Of a DNA stretch of 64,000 nt, positions 1 to 13,200 are shown one piece after another (positions within the stretch are counted from its first letter, which is position 1; each line of letters starts with the position of its first letter). The translations under genes and the position numbers were made by a program. The DNA comes from Podarcis cretensis (taxonomy: Eukaryota). The notes beneath the pieces were generated by a model, which worked only from the letters and a program-made list of their open reading frames with translations, was not told the DNA's origin and ran no database searches. Where the stretch lies: assembly GCA_951804945.1 (NCBI GenBank), contig OX638163.1, positions 32,736,001 to 32,800,000 of the forward strand, given 5' to 3'.

Positions 1-2600
1 GACGGGCCCAAGGGAAGGGAAGCCGGGCTCGATCGTCGCCGAGACGGCCCACAGGGGGGCCGGACTGAACAGGGCGGCGCGGCGTGGGCTTTCTGCTTGT
101 GCTGCCGACGCGAGGTGGGACTCGCGCGGGCCTGGCCGGCGATCGCGGCCTTCGAAGCTCGAGCAACTTCTAGGGCAGGCGCTGCGAGCCCGGACAGACG
201 GGCGGTGAAGGAGAGCGTGGCCGCCAAGCAGGCAGGCGACGGACGCTGCCGGCCGGCTGGGGGTCAAAGCCAGCAACCGATCCTCCGGCCGAGCTGGGGC
301 GCCTCCCTCCGGCCGCATCCCCGAGAGGAGCCGAGCAGGCGACGGAAGGAGGTAGGCAGGCCAGCCGCTCCCCGGGGCGCGCCGGTGCTGATCACGGCTT
401 GCGCCGCCCAGGGAGCGAGCGAGCGAGCGAGCGGGAGACAGAGAGACTCGGACGCCGCGTTGCGCTGCGACCCCGAGGGGGCGCCCACCCAGCGCAGGTG
501 CGGAGCCTGGAACGCGCGCAGTATCAGCTCGGGCTGATCCAGGTACCCCCGGCACGGGCACCCTGCTTCTTCCCATCCGCGTGCTGCAGCCCTCCCGAGT
601 CGCTTGCGGGCTGTCTCCGTCGGTGCAGCCACCGGACAGCACCGCTCCGGTCTTCGCCTCTCTTTCCCCGCTGCGCAGAGAGGCGCGCTCGCCAATCTAG
701 GCACCGCGGAGCCCTCGGCTGATCCGCCGCTTGACCCTCTTGGGCTCCGTGCGCAGTCGGGGCTTCCACTTCCCCCTCCCTTAACGCCACGCGGGTTCCT
801 TGCGCCCCCTTTATCTTTTCAGGCCCCCGCTTGATTACCCAAAATTGTAGATCTCTCCCCAGAAAACACCTAACTCCCCCCCACCGCAATGTTTGATGTA
901 CCCCGACCCCTCCTCTTTTCTCTCTCCAGTCCCGTGACCTCATCGGTGTGGACAGCTAACAGTGCATATTTTTGGGATGGGTGCCCAGTACCACCCGAGG
1001 ACTTGGTATTGTGCGTGTGAATGGGTAACCCCGGGGGGGGTGGAAAGAGGGGAGGCGAGTAAGAGCCTAGGCGCAGCAGCAGCTGCCGCCTCCTCCCCTT
1101 CGCCCCTTCTTATCTCTCCCTCCCCTCGGGTGGAGGACGGTCCCCGCCCTCGCCCCCCGCCCTCGCCCAGCCTCTCCCCCTCCCCGGGCAGGGCGCGAGG
1201 CCCCTCCCCCTCTCAACCCCCCCAACACTCCACCCCCCCTTCTTTCCCTCTCCGGACTCGGCTGGCTCGGAGCAAACCGCCCCTCCCGCACGGGCAGGGC
1301 TCGCCGCGGTGCAGCCTGGGAGGCGTAGTCCGCAGGGCAGGGCCGGCTCGGGGTGGGCGTGGGGGCGGCCGGACGACCGTACTACACTTCCCGGCAGGCC
1401 CCGCAGCAAGCAGCAGTCGGCGGCGGCTCGCTCTCGTCCTCACACTCGGGCTGCCGCTGCCAGTGCCGCCACCGCCGCTGTTCCTTGCGCTGCGCTGCTG
1501 ATCGGTGGAGCCGCGCTGGCCGGCCCTTGTGCTCCTCCGGCTCCGCTTGGCTGGATTCCCTCGGGAATCGGGATCGAATGTCCCTTGTACCCCGGCGGGG
1601 GCCCGCCTTGGGAGCAGGTGCGTGTGGACGGTCCCCGGCGGTTCCCTTTCCCGGGCCCGCTTCTCTTCTCCCCCCCCCCCCCCGCCGCCTCCGTCGCCAT
1701 CGGGGAGGGAAGGGGGGGCGGCGTGTGAGTGAGGTTTCCATGGAAACGGGGAGCGGGCCTTGGACCGCGGCCCTTTTCTCTCCCTTCCTGACCCCCCCTC
1801 CCGTCCTCCCTTCGCGGTAAGGTCCCGTCCAGGACAGGATGGTGACAGCAGGGCCGCTTCTGCTCCGGCCCCGACGGCGAGGGAGGAAGCGATCGTCGCT
1901 TCAGGCTAGCAGGCAGATTATTTCACTTTCTGTTCTCAGGAAGGAGTGCTTGGGCTTACCCCCACTACTTCGACCACCGCCACCCTCCTCTTCCTCACTC
2001 TCTCTTTCCATTTCTCCTCTGCTTCCATCGACGGGGCGGACAGAGGGGGTCGACACCCTTTTCGCCCTGGCGAATTCGGTGGCGGATACGGTGGTCTGCG
2101 CGAGTCTCTGCGCATCCCGAGCGTGCGGTGAGCCTTCGGCATGGGGAGCCTGAGCTGCACCACCCCGTCTAAATTCTGGGCTTAATTTTTTGAGCGAGGA
2201 GGGGGAATAATTCAGCGGCCACCCACTCCGGGCGCACGTTGCGGGGCGATCCGCCGATAGAAGAGACCTGATAATGGCATATACACTTCTGAATGGCAGA
2301 GACTCAAGCTTGGTTGGTCCCTCCCGTCTGCTTCCTTCCAGGCGTCTTGGGTTGCTGTTTTCCGCCGCCGCCTCCCTCTTTCTTTCCCCTACCCCGCTCC
2401 CTCCCTCCAACAAGAGACAAGGGCGATGCCCGTGACGGTCCCGAAGGGACGGGCAGCCTAGATCGTGGTGCGCGGGGGAAAAGGAGAGGAGGAACGCGGC
2501 GCGGCGGCGAGCTAAACTCGGAAGGAGTAACCAAATGTTAGACGATCGGGAGGCAGAGATGGGCTGCTGAAGGCAGAACGGAGGCGACCCGTTCTCCCGG
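1..2600. promoter_or_regulatory. BCORL1: CpG island / BCORL1 promoter region with candidate non-coding first exons
   Basis: Very GC- and CpG-rich block 7.6 kb upstream of the BCORL1 ATG exon; candidate donors GAG|gtaggc (352), GCG|gtaagg (1817), GCG|gtgagc (2128). TSS not determinable. Confidence 0.8.
1311..1400. promoter_or_regulatory. Divergent pair of ZNF143/THAP11-type (ACTACA-nn-TCCC, SBS/M4) motifs
   Basis: ACTACACTTCCCGGCAGGCC at 1381-1400 (+) and GACTACGCCTCCCAGGCTGC at 1330-1311 (-) inside the CpG island. Confidence 0.55.
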
Positions 2601-4439
2601 AGGTTGATTTCTCTGAGTCTCGGTAGAGAGTGTGTCCGCAGGAAGGGAAGAGAGCATAAGCTTGTTTTCAGAAAGAGGGGGACAACTTTTGCCCTATTTG
2701 GAAGAGTGGGAAGTATTGGTTGGCATCTTTGCAGTGTAACTGGCCAGCCCGTTTGGAATGGGCCTGCCCTTTAAAATCCAATGTCTCGGTGGGAGGGTAG
2801 CTTGAAAATGCTTGCAAAGCACAAGAGATGTCCGTGTGTCTGTGTTGGTGAGGAGGATAGAGTTAGGGCTTTGCATGCTATCCCAGTTTGCCTTGCCTTG
2901 CCTTGTCCAGGTAACACATAAGCAACCCCCCCCAATCCAATTTGTTGTAATCAGGGCTCTGCCTCCAGGTTGGCCCCACAAATGGCAGCCCCCGGAGCTA
3001 GTCGTTGTGCATGTTTACTGTCGTGTAGTTCTCAGCCTGCCAAGAAAATCGGAGCCTGGCAGTGGCAGCGGGGAAGAGTGAAGGGATGGGACGTTTTTTG
3101 AAGCTGAAATGGGGATGGAGGGTGGTTTGCGGGGTGGGGGTGGGAAGATGTGCTGCAGGCATCGCGTCATCGGCTGGACAATGTGTGTGTGCTTGGGGTC
3201 TGGAGGAGGCTTTTCCCAGTCTTGGTAGCCTGACTTGTGTTTTTTAGAAGTGATGTTAATCTGCAGCTGCGACAGGTTTCCACGGTGAGGCTTCCCTTGC
3301 CAGGCTGCAGTGAGCAAGCGAGTGATGGTTCGTTCTCTCTGTGCCATTGCACAGTGTGAGTAAGAGAGAGGCTTTACCTGGAGACGGTTGGAAAGTTTGC
3401 AAGTGCCTGGCTTCGGTGGAGATGCATTATTGTCTTTTCATGCTTAGGAGTGCATTGTCCTGGCCGCACACGCTTAAGAAAAGGGAATGAGCAGGTGTGC
3501 AGGCAAAGATTGCTTTGGCAGTTATTCTGTATACATACTCGCAAGCAGAGTGTGAGGGAGAGGAGCTGGTTTTAAATGGGGACTTCCACTCTGATCCTGC
3601 GCTCCAAATGCATGCCTTCTATTGAAGCCAGTTGGAAGTGGTTGCTAACACTACTGTGATAAGGCCTTCCACTGGGTATAGTGGTGGTTTGTTTTAAAAG
3701 TAGTACCATACTTCAAGCCACTGTAGGCCTAGAAACTTTGTTCCTTCAACCTGGATGTGTAGAATGGGAGCTGTGTTCTCTCTCACTTCATGAGAAAGAG
3801 GCACTCTGTACACTCTCAGAAGTCTTGTGTGCTTAATTGCAGGTTGCCAGTGCAGACTCCTTGCTTCACTTAAGTTCTCAACGTCAAGATTTCCAGGTCG
3901 TTATAAGGTACAGCAAAAGTAAATACGGTAACTTTATCTTTTCCATATTGCTAAAGGTTTGGCAACTTTTGCAAGCTGAATTTATTTCCTACATAATGGT
4001 TGCTGTTTTTCATGGGGTGGGGGCTGGAAAGTATGTTTAAAAAGAAAAATGTCATATATGGAATTTGATTCAGGAGCATACTTGTTTATGTACTATGTGT
4101 CCGTCAAAGACTAATTTAAAGAGATTGCAGGTTGGGAATAAACCTCTTTCTTCATCTGGAGGGCTGACCTGAAAACACAAGAGCTATAAGAAATGTTGTT
4201 AATCCGTCTGGCCTTTAACTGTTGACGGAGCTCATTTCCTTTTGGCCTTTGTCTCTGCAAGCACCAGCAGAGATGTCAATTTTGACTTTTTGTGGTAGCC
4301 ACTGAAGCTCTCAAAGCTGTACAAGCCCTTGGCTTTATAACATACAGTATATATGTATGTTGTAAATTTTGCCCTGATTCTTAGTAAATATGTTTCAACA
4401 TCATCTAAAGCTTTATTCAGACATTGGTTTTTCCTCTGT

Positions 4440-4580
4440 GGCAGAGGTTGGAAGCCTGCGGCCCACCAGAACATACTGGACTACAACTCCCATCATCCCT
4501 GACCATTGCCCGTGTTGGCTGGGGCTGATGGGAGCTAGAGTTCAACAACTTCTGGCGAGCCATAGGTTCTCCAGTTTCTG
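4440..4580. mobile_element. Older hAT-type MITE (relatives at about 10450, 12262, 25182, 25840, 27806, 30452, 30775, 33405, 34697, 37030, 38255, 39810, 48747, 51470, 52684, 59705, 60049)
   Basis: Shared palindromic core GGACTACAACTCCCATCA...TGATGGGAGTTGTAGTCC, variably decayed. Confidence 0.7.
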
Positions 4581-7500
4581 CTCTGTAGTCTTTTGAGATG
4601 GAGGAGGAATTCAATCAGTCGGTTTTTTCATTTTTTGTTTTGCAGTGTATTGACCCAGTTCAACAGTCCTAAACTTGTCTGTGGATTGGAACACAAGTCG
4701 TCATTAGAGAATGCTCTTAACTGGATTTTGCAATGAAGTTTTAGTGCGCAAAAAGAGCACAGACAAGTGTTGTTGATGGTTAAAGCACATGTAAAATGTA
4801 TCTTTTGTGGAAAATACATTGGAAAGCATTGAAAAATACATATTTTGGGGCAGTGCATATAATTTAAGTACAAGTTTTTCATGCTATCTTTAAAAAAGAA
4901 TTGCACAAAATAGGACAGAACAGACCTATGATTGGGTGCCAGTGGAAAGGAAAGGAACAGACTTGGGCAGATCTGTCCATTACTAATGGTCATTTTTCTG
5001 AGGCAAGTTTAATATAAGGGCTTTGAGACTGAATTTAGGAAATCTCCAGTTCAAATTCTGTTCTTTCGTGAACGAAGTTCTGTCCCTTAGGAAAACTGCT
5101 GTTTGCTTCTCTACCCATCCTGGATCATAAAATTGACCTAACTTACAGGATTGTTGTATGAGTTATTGAAATAATGTATCTTAAGTGCTTTGAGCCTCTT
5201 AAAGCACAAACCTGAATTATTATTAGTGTTCCTATCCTGTCCATTGCCACCTATGGCAACCAGCGATTTGAGCTTTCTGGATCATTCAGTGTAAAATTCA
5301 AACGGTCCACTTGGAAGTGAAGGGAGAGACATTAAAAAAAAGAGGCTAGAATATCTCCAAGGGACAGAGGAAAGCTGACTCTTGTCTTTTGTTGTGTCAA
5401 ATGGAAGCCAAATGTTGTCCAAAACCAGAGCTGGTGTTGATGATCTGTGAATGGTGTGTTATGGCTAGAAAAGCTTGTGTTGTCATTGTCCAGATAAAAT
5501 AGTGTTTGATCATTTGGAGTATGGCGTAGGAGGAGAAGAAACAAGGGAAACAATAAATTTAGCTATTTTCTAAAGTAAGATAAGTTAAGGCAACACGCGG
5601 TTTGAAACTTTACTGCTGGAGTTTTTGTGTCCTGCTTTTTGGGGATTTTATTTTGCAAAAATCAACCCTCCTTTTACAAATGCATAAACTGTAAAACAAT
5701 TTCTCTGGACACTTCTTTTTGTCCGTCTCCTTTAGATTTTCATCCTTTTTGGTATTTTATTCCTTCTTTCTTTTCCATCTGTCCCTAGGACAGAGTTTCA
5801 GGGCATCTTAGGCAAGAACACACAGGTTTTTTTCCTTGTCCCAATTTTGCCCTTTCCTCTGTGCTAGGACTAAGCTAATCACTTCTATTGAAGAGACCTC
5901 CTTGCTGTTCCAGCCAGTAGCATGTGAGGCCCCTTCACCTGTTTGGCACCCTTCAGAGTATGTCTGGACCCTTCAGCAGAAAATTCAGACCATGATATCC
6001 AGGATGAAATACATGTTCTGCAGAAAACAGATCTGGGCAGGAACAGATCTATGCAAAGTTAGGGATATCAGACATCATTTCTACTGAGGACAAAGCAAAA
6101 AGCAATGGGTTTGAATCCAGACTTTGGAAAAAACATAAAATTTCCAGGTACCAGCATTTATATAACATTGGTGTCCTGTGCACCCTATTTTGTATAATTA
6201 TGTGCTGGAATCCAACTTCTGCCGTTTCCCTAGCTTTGTAGTGAACTTCCATGACAGATGTAGACTAAAAATGATTTAAGGAGTTTGGAGAGCAGTTATG
6301 CAATGGAGTTAACTTCCTGTCTTTCCTGGATGTCATCTAAGAGATCTTGTCTCCTAGGGTAGGAGGTAATTTATTGTTACCATCAATCATGTTTTTATCC
6401 TGCTCTTGCTAGGAAGAGTTATGGGCAATATGCATGAGGGTTATCATAGTTTATTCTCACAACAGCCCTGCAAGGTAGCACAGGCTGAGGATGAGTGACT
6501 AAGCCAAAGTCCTGCACTGAGCTTCATGACTTAACACGGACTCAGATATGGGTTTTCCAGGTCCAGGTTGACACTTGTTCTGACTACATTTGACTGAGAT
6601 TACACTGAGATTGTATTAGATGACCCACTGAGTTCCATCTGGGGTTGGAATTCCTTTTCACATGTTTATTTTGAAGACCAAGAAATGTGCTGCTGTGGCT
6701 CATCTCTTGCACAGGATCAGGGCATTTTCCCTTGAGGAACTGCTTCTGTTCTGAAAGGGTATTGCAGTCACCATCACCCCCATCCCTCCTGAAAAACACT
6801 GATGGAACCATATTGTTGTTGGGAAATTTTAAATTCTTTGCTCAGCTGGGTAAGGGATTGCTATTTAGAGTGCTGTCTGGAATGTGGTTGTGTGAGTGCA
6901 ATGGCTGGCGCTCATGACTTCACTGATGAGGTACGTTGTGGAAATTGTTTAGTTCAGTTGTGTACTTTCAGACTTTTTTTATTGCTTATGGCTACTTTTG
7001 CTATGTTTGTAATTATGTAATATTTTTCATGTTGTAAGCTGCCTTGAGTATGGTTTTAACTATGGAAAGCCTAGTGGTCCTTAATTCTAATGCCACAACC
7101 TGTAAGAGGCCCCCTGAAATTCACCAGGTTGAAGAGGACAAAAATCTAGAGAAGTCCTTTTGTTTGTTTGAGCAATTCTCCTCCCACCTGTGCAGATGGA
7201 TGACCAAGGTGTTCCTCCAGACTATCTTGAGACTAGTTTCTCTTGGTTCCAGCACAAGCTCCCTCTTGCATCTTTCCTGACCATTAGGAAGGGGTGTGTG
7301 AGCACAGTTGCACCTCTCTGCAGCAAGGCGGACCTCACCTCCCATCCATTAGGTTTTGACTAGCTATTACTCTATTGCCGTTGCACCAGGACTTTGGAAC
7401 ATAGGAAGCTGTCTTATACAGTAAAAGGAAGCATGGCAGCCCCCTGTTTATGCAACTCTCTCCTGAGTATCGTCGGATCATCCACCACTTTGGTCACATT

Positions 7501-9224
7501 CAGGCAAAATTTAAAAACTCACTAATCTGCCCTGGCGTTTGGGGTAGGGTGGGGACCAAAGGGTGTTGGGTCTATATGGTGCTGTTTATTGTACTGATAG
7601 GCAGTTGTGTCATATAGTTATTTTCATGTTATGTTGTTAGTCATCCTGTGCTGCTCTTTGGGATGAAGGGCAGGTTACAAGAACTATTGATGAATGAGTA
7701 GCAGGCCATTTCCTGACTGGTAGCAGCTCTCCAGGATTTTGGGGCTGGGCTCTTTCCAAGCCCTACCTGGGGATGCCAGAGATTGGACCTGGGAGCTTTC
7801 ACGTACAAAGCATGGTGCTCCTCTGCTGATCCACAGCCCCTCCCTGACTTGCAGGACTAACCCCTGCAAAAGCTCAAATGGCATATGCAGTTGTGCTTTG
7901 AATTGGTTCTATGGGTAAGCTACCAAAATCCCTTCTATGCTTCCAGCAGCCCTCAGCATCCTGGACCAAGTGTAGCACTCCCAGGCGATGATCTTTCCTG
8001 TATTGAATAACTTTGCAATGAAACAGGAAAACAGCAAGCATTTCTGCATGGGTTCCGAATTGGATTCATCTCTGGCAATTGGAACAGGCTTCTGAAAAAG
8101 GCAGCTGAGGCAGGGGAATGGAGAAAACAGGCAAAGTGGGAGGCAGCTTTCCCCTTTCTCATGAGAGCTATATTCAAAACTCCACTGCTAAGGTGTTTAC
8201 TAAATTTGGAAGACCCTACAGATTGCAGCATCCTCTTCACAGTTAGCCTCAGCTGTGCCGAAAGCAGGGCAACTTCTGAGTAAACATTTGTAGGCTCGAG
8301 CTGCTTTCCTGGTGCCTCTGTTTTGTTGTAATGGTTCACTGTAGATGGGCAGAGAGGGAGCTTTGGGTCATGCTAATTTGCCAGGCTACACAAGATGACA
8401 TTATAGGACCCCAAGAGGTGTACATGGCTAGCTTCCTGCTGAGGGAGTGGCATACTGAGGATTGGGAAAGAAGGTGCTTGCTGCTTCTCAAGGCTCCTGA
8501 CTCCAAGAAGGGGTGCTTGCCATCAGGGTGGCTTCTCAGTGGGCTTGGTCGAGGGCACTTCTGCAAATTCCTTTGTGGAATTCTCTCTGCACTTGGCACC
8601 TCTCTACGTGCTGCCTGCCCAGAAGGGAACTCCTCGTAGTTCCTTGGGAACTTGCACTTGTACTGCCTAGTTTGGAGTGTGTGTTTCTATGCCCCCCCTT
8701 TCTCTTTCTCTCTCTTTTCCCCCCCTCTACCCAATTTTCAATCCCTGGGTTTTTTTCTTCTGATTGCGAGGGATTCCTGCTCTCCCCTTTTCTTTTTCCT
8801 TGGGAATGGTTCTGCCTGGCTCACGTCCCACATCCTCCCTGGGAACAACAAAAAAAGAATGCACTCAACAATGTCCGTTTCTGTTGCTGCATCCTTCAAG
8901 GGGCCTTCGTGCCTCTGCTGTTGACCCCCATCCTTCCTTGCGCTTTCGGCAAACGCACGGCTGCCCGTGTAGCCTTGGCCTCTGCTTTTGGCATCTTTCG
9001 TCCGCGGAGATCCTGTCCCATCTGTGCTCTCTGCTTCTCCCCCAGCACCGCCTCCCATTTTGTATGGTACTTTGCTTTCTTCTCGCCCTCTGAATTTGCA
9101 CGTTAAGTCCCCCACACATCTGCAAGCTCTTTGATAACTATATAAAGCACTGATACGGTCGGTACATGAAACAACATGGGCAAAGGAGTTCACACTTGCT
9201 TCCCTCATCTCTCTCTCCCTCCCC

Positions 9225-9437
9225 CTTTATTTCATATACTGCATTCAGCCTACATCTTTCCTCCAAGGAGATCTTGGTGGCATAGATGATGCTCCTCCCT
9301 GTCCAATTTTTATCCTCACAACAACCCTGTAAGGTAGGTTAGGTTAATACATGACAATGGGCCCAAGTTTCATGGGTAATTGGGATTTGGACTTGGGACT
9401 CCTTCGTCTCAAGCTCTAACCACTACACCACACAGCT
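9225..9437 (-). mobile_element. CORE/MIR-like ancient SINE (relatives at about 5020-5200 +, 6395-6580 -, 10910-11067 -, 22455-22650 +, 50520-50625 -)
   Basis: ATCCTCACAACAACCCTGT(A/G)AGGTAGG core on +. Confidence 0.55.
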
Positions 9438-10189
9438 TCCTAGTGACTTTTAATTTCCCCTTGGTGTTGTGTTTTGTTCTAACTTCTCCTCATTGTGAGA
9501 AGTTATAGTACTCCCCTCTTTGGGTTTCCCACAATCCCTGTATGGTCTTCCCACTCTGGCCCCAGTCTGGAAATTCAACAGCTCATGTCTTGCATAGCTG
9601 TACTGAGAATTGCTTTGCTAATTAATTGCCTGGCAGTGCTTCAGTGCGGAGAGGAAATGACTCTTTATCTGAACAGAACTCCGCTCAAGGAATTTCAAGC
9701 TGACGTGTGTGCCTTTGCCTTGTGCACTTCTTCTCCCGCAGTGCTCCATGCTTCCTCCAGCCATAGGCATCCACAAAGGAGACAACCCTGCACCCCATGA
9801 ACCATAACTCCCAGATTCCCCACTTTTCATTTTAAACAAGCTAAATTTCAAGCCTGAGATACCAGGCAAAAAAGTACAAGAACTAATTATTCTCATTTTG
9901 TGTGGCAGAGAGGTTAGCTTGCTTTCCCCTTTTTGGTGTTTTAACTCCACCTTCCCAAAAACATTTCTGCAGATGCCCTTGTCTCCAGCCTAACTTTGTG
10001 TATGGCAGCACCCCACCTTAGCCAAGGATCAGTGTGATTGCCCCCCTGCTCTTCATCTGTCTGAACTGCCCCTTGGAAGCTGAAAACAGCAACTGTCAAA
10101 TCTGGCCCTAATGCTTTGTGTTTCGTTGGTTTTTTTCAATAGGCAGAGCCTGTGACAGGATTGAGACTGGCTGGCACTGAGCAGCTGTC

Positions 10190-10275
10190 ATGATCTCTGC
10201 AGCGCCTCTCTACAGCGGGGTGCACAACTGGACTGGCGCTGAACGGATTCGCATGTGTGGCCTCAGCGAAGAGAG
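10190..10275 (+). CDS. BCORL1: BCORL1 first coding exon ([29 protein letters not shown])
   Basis: Acceptor caatag ending 10142, ATG 10190, donor AG|gtgagg; matches the BCORL1 N-terminus. Confidence 0.93.
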
Positions 10276-13200
10276 GTGAGGTGCGTGTGGCCTCCACAGG
10301 CCGGGAGGGAAGAGGTTGGGCAGCTGGTGTGTGTGAGGTGGTCGGGTTCCTTGTTAGAGGATGCTGGGAAAAGGGGTGTCCTCCAGTTTGCAGAAATGCA
10401 GTTCAGCTGACTTAATTTGTAGGGTGATTTAGGCAAAGAGACTCCGGAGTGGAGCTGGGGAACCTGTGGCCCTCCAGACTTTGCTGGGCTACAACTCCCC
10501 CCATTCCTGATTGTTGCCTGGGGGCTTATGGGAATTGCAGTCCAGCAACATCTGCAGGGACACAAGTTCCAACAAGCTCCCTGCACCAGCCTTCAGCCTT
10601 CAACTGTTGCACCAGGTACCCACTACTTATCTACAGTGGGTCAAAACAGTAGCTCTGCAACCATACAAATATATGATAAGAAAAATAATAAATGGGTCAG
10701 CATATGTATGATTGAGCTAAAGGAAGTTCCTGGGTCTGAAAAAGCTGGAAGACTACTGCTTTAAAGTAGCTATCTTTAAAGTAGCACCAGATGTGCTGAC
10801 TGCGGCTCAGATCAGCACCAGCCAGCACATTTTACGATCTCTGTTAATTATTTTAACTCTCTCTTTTTTGCTGGATGTGTGTGGCTTTGTTGTTTAATAA
10901 TAATGAAGGTTTTATCCTTTCCTCCAAGTAACTTGTGGTTCTTCTCTCCCCCCGTTGCTTATTCTCACAACAACCCTGTGAGGTAGGCTACTTTGAAAGA
11001 GAGTGATCAGCCCAAAGTGGCGGTTTTTAATCTTCTTTCCTAGTCTGCTCTAACCACTGCATCACATGGTATCGAGCTTTTTTGTCATTAAGTGGTACAT
11101 TGAATAATAATAATAATAATATGTTGTTGTTGTTATCATTATCATCATTAGTTTAAAGTATGAATTTGGCCAAGTAGTACTCAATATTGCGAGATCTATA
11201 TTAGGATGGTAGTTTTTAAGCTAAAATCAGAAACTTTCAATGCATCAGGTTTGAATGGAGAAGCTTTGCTGAATCCTTTGAATTTGTGCAAGTTGTATGA
11301 AATTTCACCTGTAGCCGTATGCATCACCAGCAGAGGCAAAGGGGGACAAATCACTCCTACATGATCACAGTCGCCTCTCTGAGTCTCTCGTATGCAGTGG
11401 TGCTGTCAGGGTAGGGTTTGGAGATGCATGTTCAGAGCCCCACTCCTTAGCGAAAGGAGCAGGAGGGGTCCCAAATGCAGCAGGACTGGCTTTCCACATT
11501 TTTGAAGTGATGTAATGCACATAATAACTAGCAAAAGTTCCCCGCTGCCCCCAGCAAGACAGTGTTTCATGATGTGTATATACCATAAATCTGAAGCTCA
11601 TTTGAAGCATATGCTTTCTCCCAAAGGATCCTGGGAACTATAGGTCGTTTTTAGTTGCCAAGAATTGCAGCTTTGTGAGGAGTAGACTACAGCTCCCAGG
11701 ATTCTTAGAAGAAAGTCACTTGCTTTAAATTTATAGCGTGTATGCAGCCTGAAATTACCTGACAGCACCACCACTAACCACATGTTTTCGAAGAGATAGT
11801 GCTGCTCTACCTCTCCCAAAAATGTTGGGGTGGAAGGGAAAGAAGGATTACTTTCTAAAAACGTGGCCAGGCTTTCCACTCAGCACTCTTTAAGTAGAGA
11901 AGGGGATTGAGGTCAGGCCAAGTGGATAATGTGGGGTATTTGATGCTGGTTTTCTCCATGTTTGAGATATGAGAGAATTTGTGGAAAGTCTGGGAAGCTT
12001 GAGGTGAGGGATCTCAGGGGGGAAGGTGGATGGAAGGGGGATCCCTTGGCCTCTTCTTCCCCCCCACACTAACTTAGGCCACAATCTCACCTGCTACTTC
12101 ACAAGTTTACTTCCATCATCCTTGGTGATAAAGTTTGGGAAGCTGCAGCCCTGGACCCAAAACAGCATAGATTTGGGGGTGGGTGCCACACGAATCGAGG
12201 TGAACAGGTAGAAAAAGGTCTTGGAAGGGAGCTGTTGTCTGTCCCTTGTTATGGCTTTGTTAGTGTTCTTCAACCTTGGCTTCCCTGAAATTGCAGGACT
12301 ACAGTCTCTTGGCTAAACTGGTTTTGCATGATGGGAGTTTTAGTCCAGCAACACCTAGAGACCAAGATTGAAGCATTCAGTGATTCTGAATTTCTCTTAA
12401 GTTATACAGGCCTACTGCTGAAGGTTGGGAATCCAATCTTGCCTTGCTTGCACATCCTTTAGGACAAGCATGAGCTGTGTATGACTCATGAACTGCATCT
12501 ATCTGACGAAGCCCCCTGCCTACGTGCATCTGCTCACAAGAGATACCCCCAAAAGTGGGTTGGGGGGATGCTTTGGGTCTTGCAGGTTTGGAAGATTGTT
12601 TCTCAGCTTCACAATTCTTTCTCTTCTTCCTGCAACAGGAGAGCCCCACTTTCTGATGAAGAAACCAACACCAGCAACTCCCAGCATCTGGGCTCCCCTG
12701 ACTTCTGCACTGGCAGCAGCTTTTCCAAGGTAAGGGCAGCTTAGTGGCTGTACCTAGGGGAGGAAGCTTTGGCTCTTGCCGAGATACAGAGGGCCTAAGT
12801 GGCTAATTATCTGGCCAGCTCAAATGCAGTGGGCTGCCACAGGGTGGACTGACGGCCATGGACTTGGGTGACTTTTTTATATAAAGGGTGTTATGCACAT
12901 TCATGAAGGAGAAGGAGAGATTTGTTGATGGCTGTTTACCCCCTGACTAAGAGGTAGAGCAGCTGCTTTGCATGTGTATAGACCCAGGCTCAATCCACAT
13001 CAACTCCAGAGGATCAGGTTGCAGGTTCTAGGAAGGACTCTTGCCTGAGACCCTGAGAAGCTGCTGCCAGTCAAAGAAGACAGTACTGGGCTAGATGGGC
13101 CAGTCATCTGAACCTGGTACAAAAAGGATATAGCCTTAGGCGAGTCACTCTGCCTTGGCTCCCTAGCAAGACAATAAAACTGATTTCTAACCTGCTTTAG

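Noticed and set aside
97-2541. Many overlapping 60-180 aa ORFs in the 5' CpG island
   Set aside because: Expected from high GC and few stop codons; low-complexity translations with no recognisable family.
8513-9106. 197-aa intronic ORF
   Set aside because: Non-ATG start, Phe/Leu/Pro composition driven by pyrimidine tracts, no splice fit to BCORL1.
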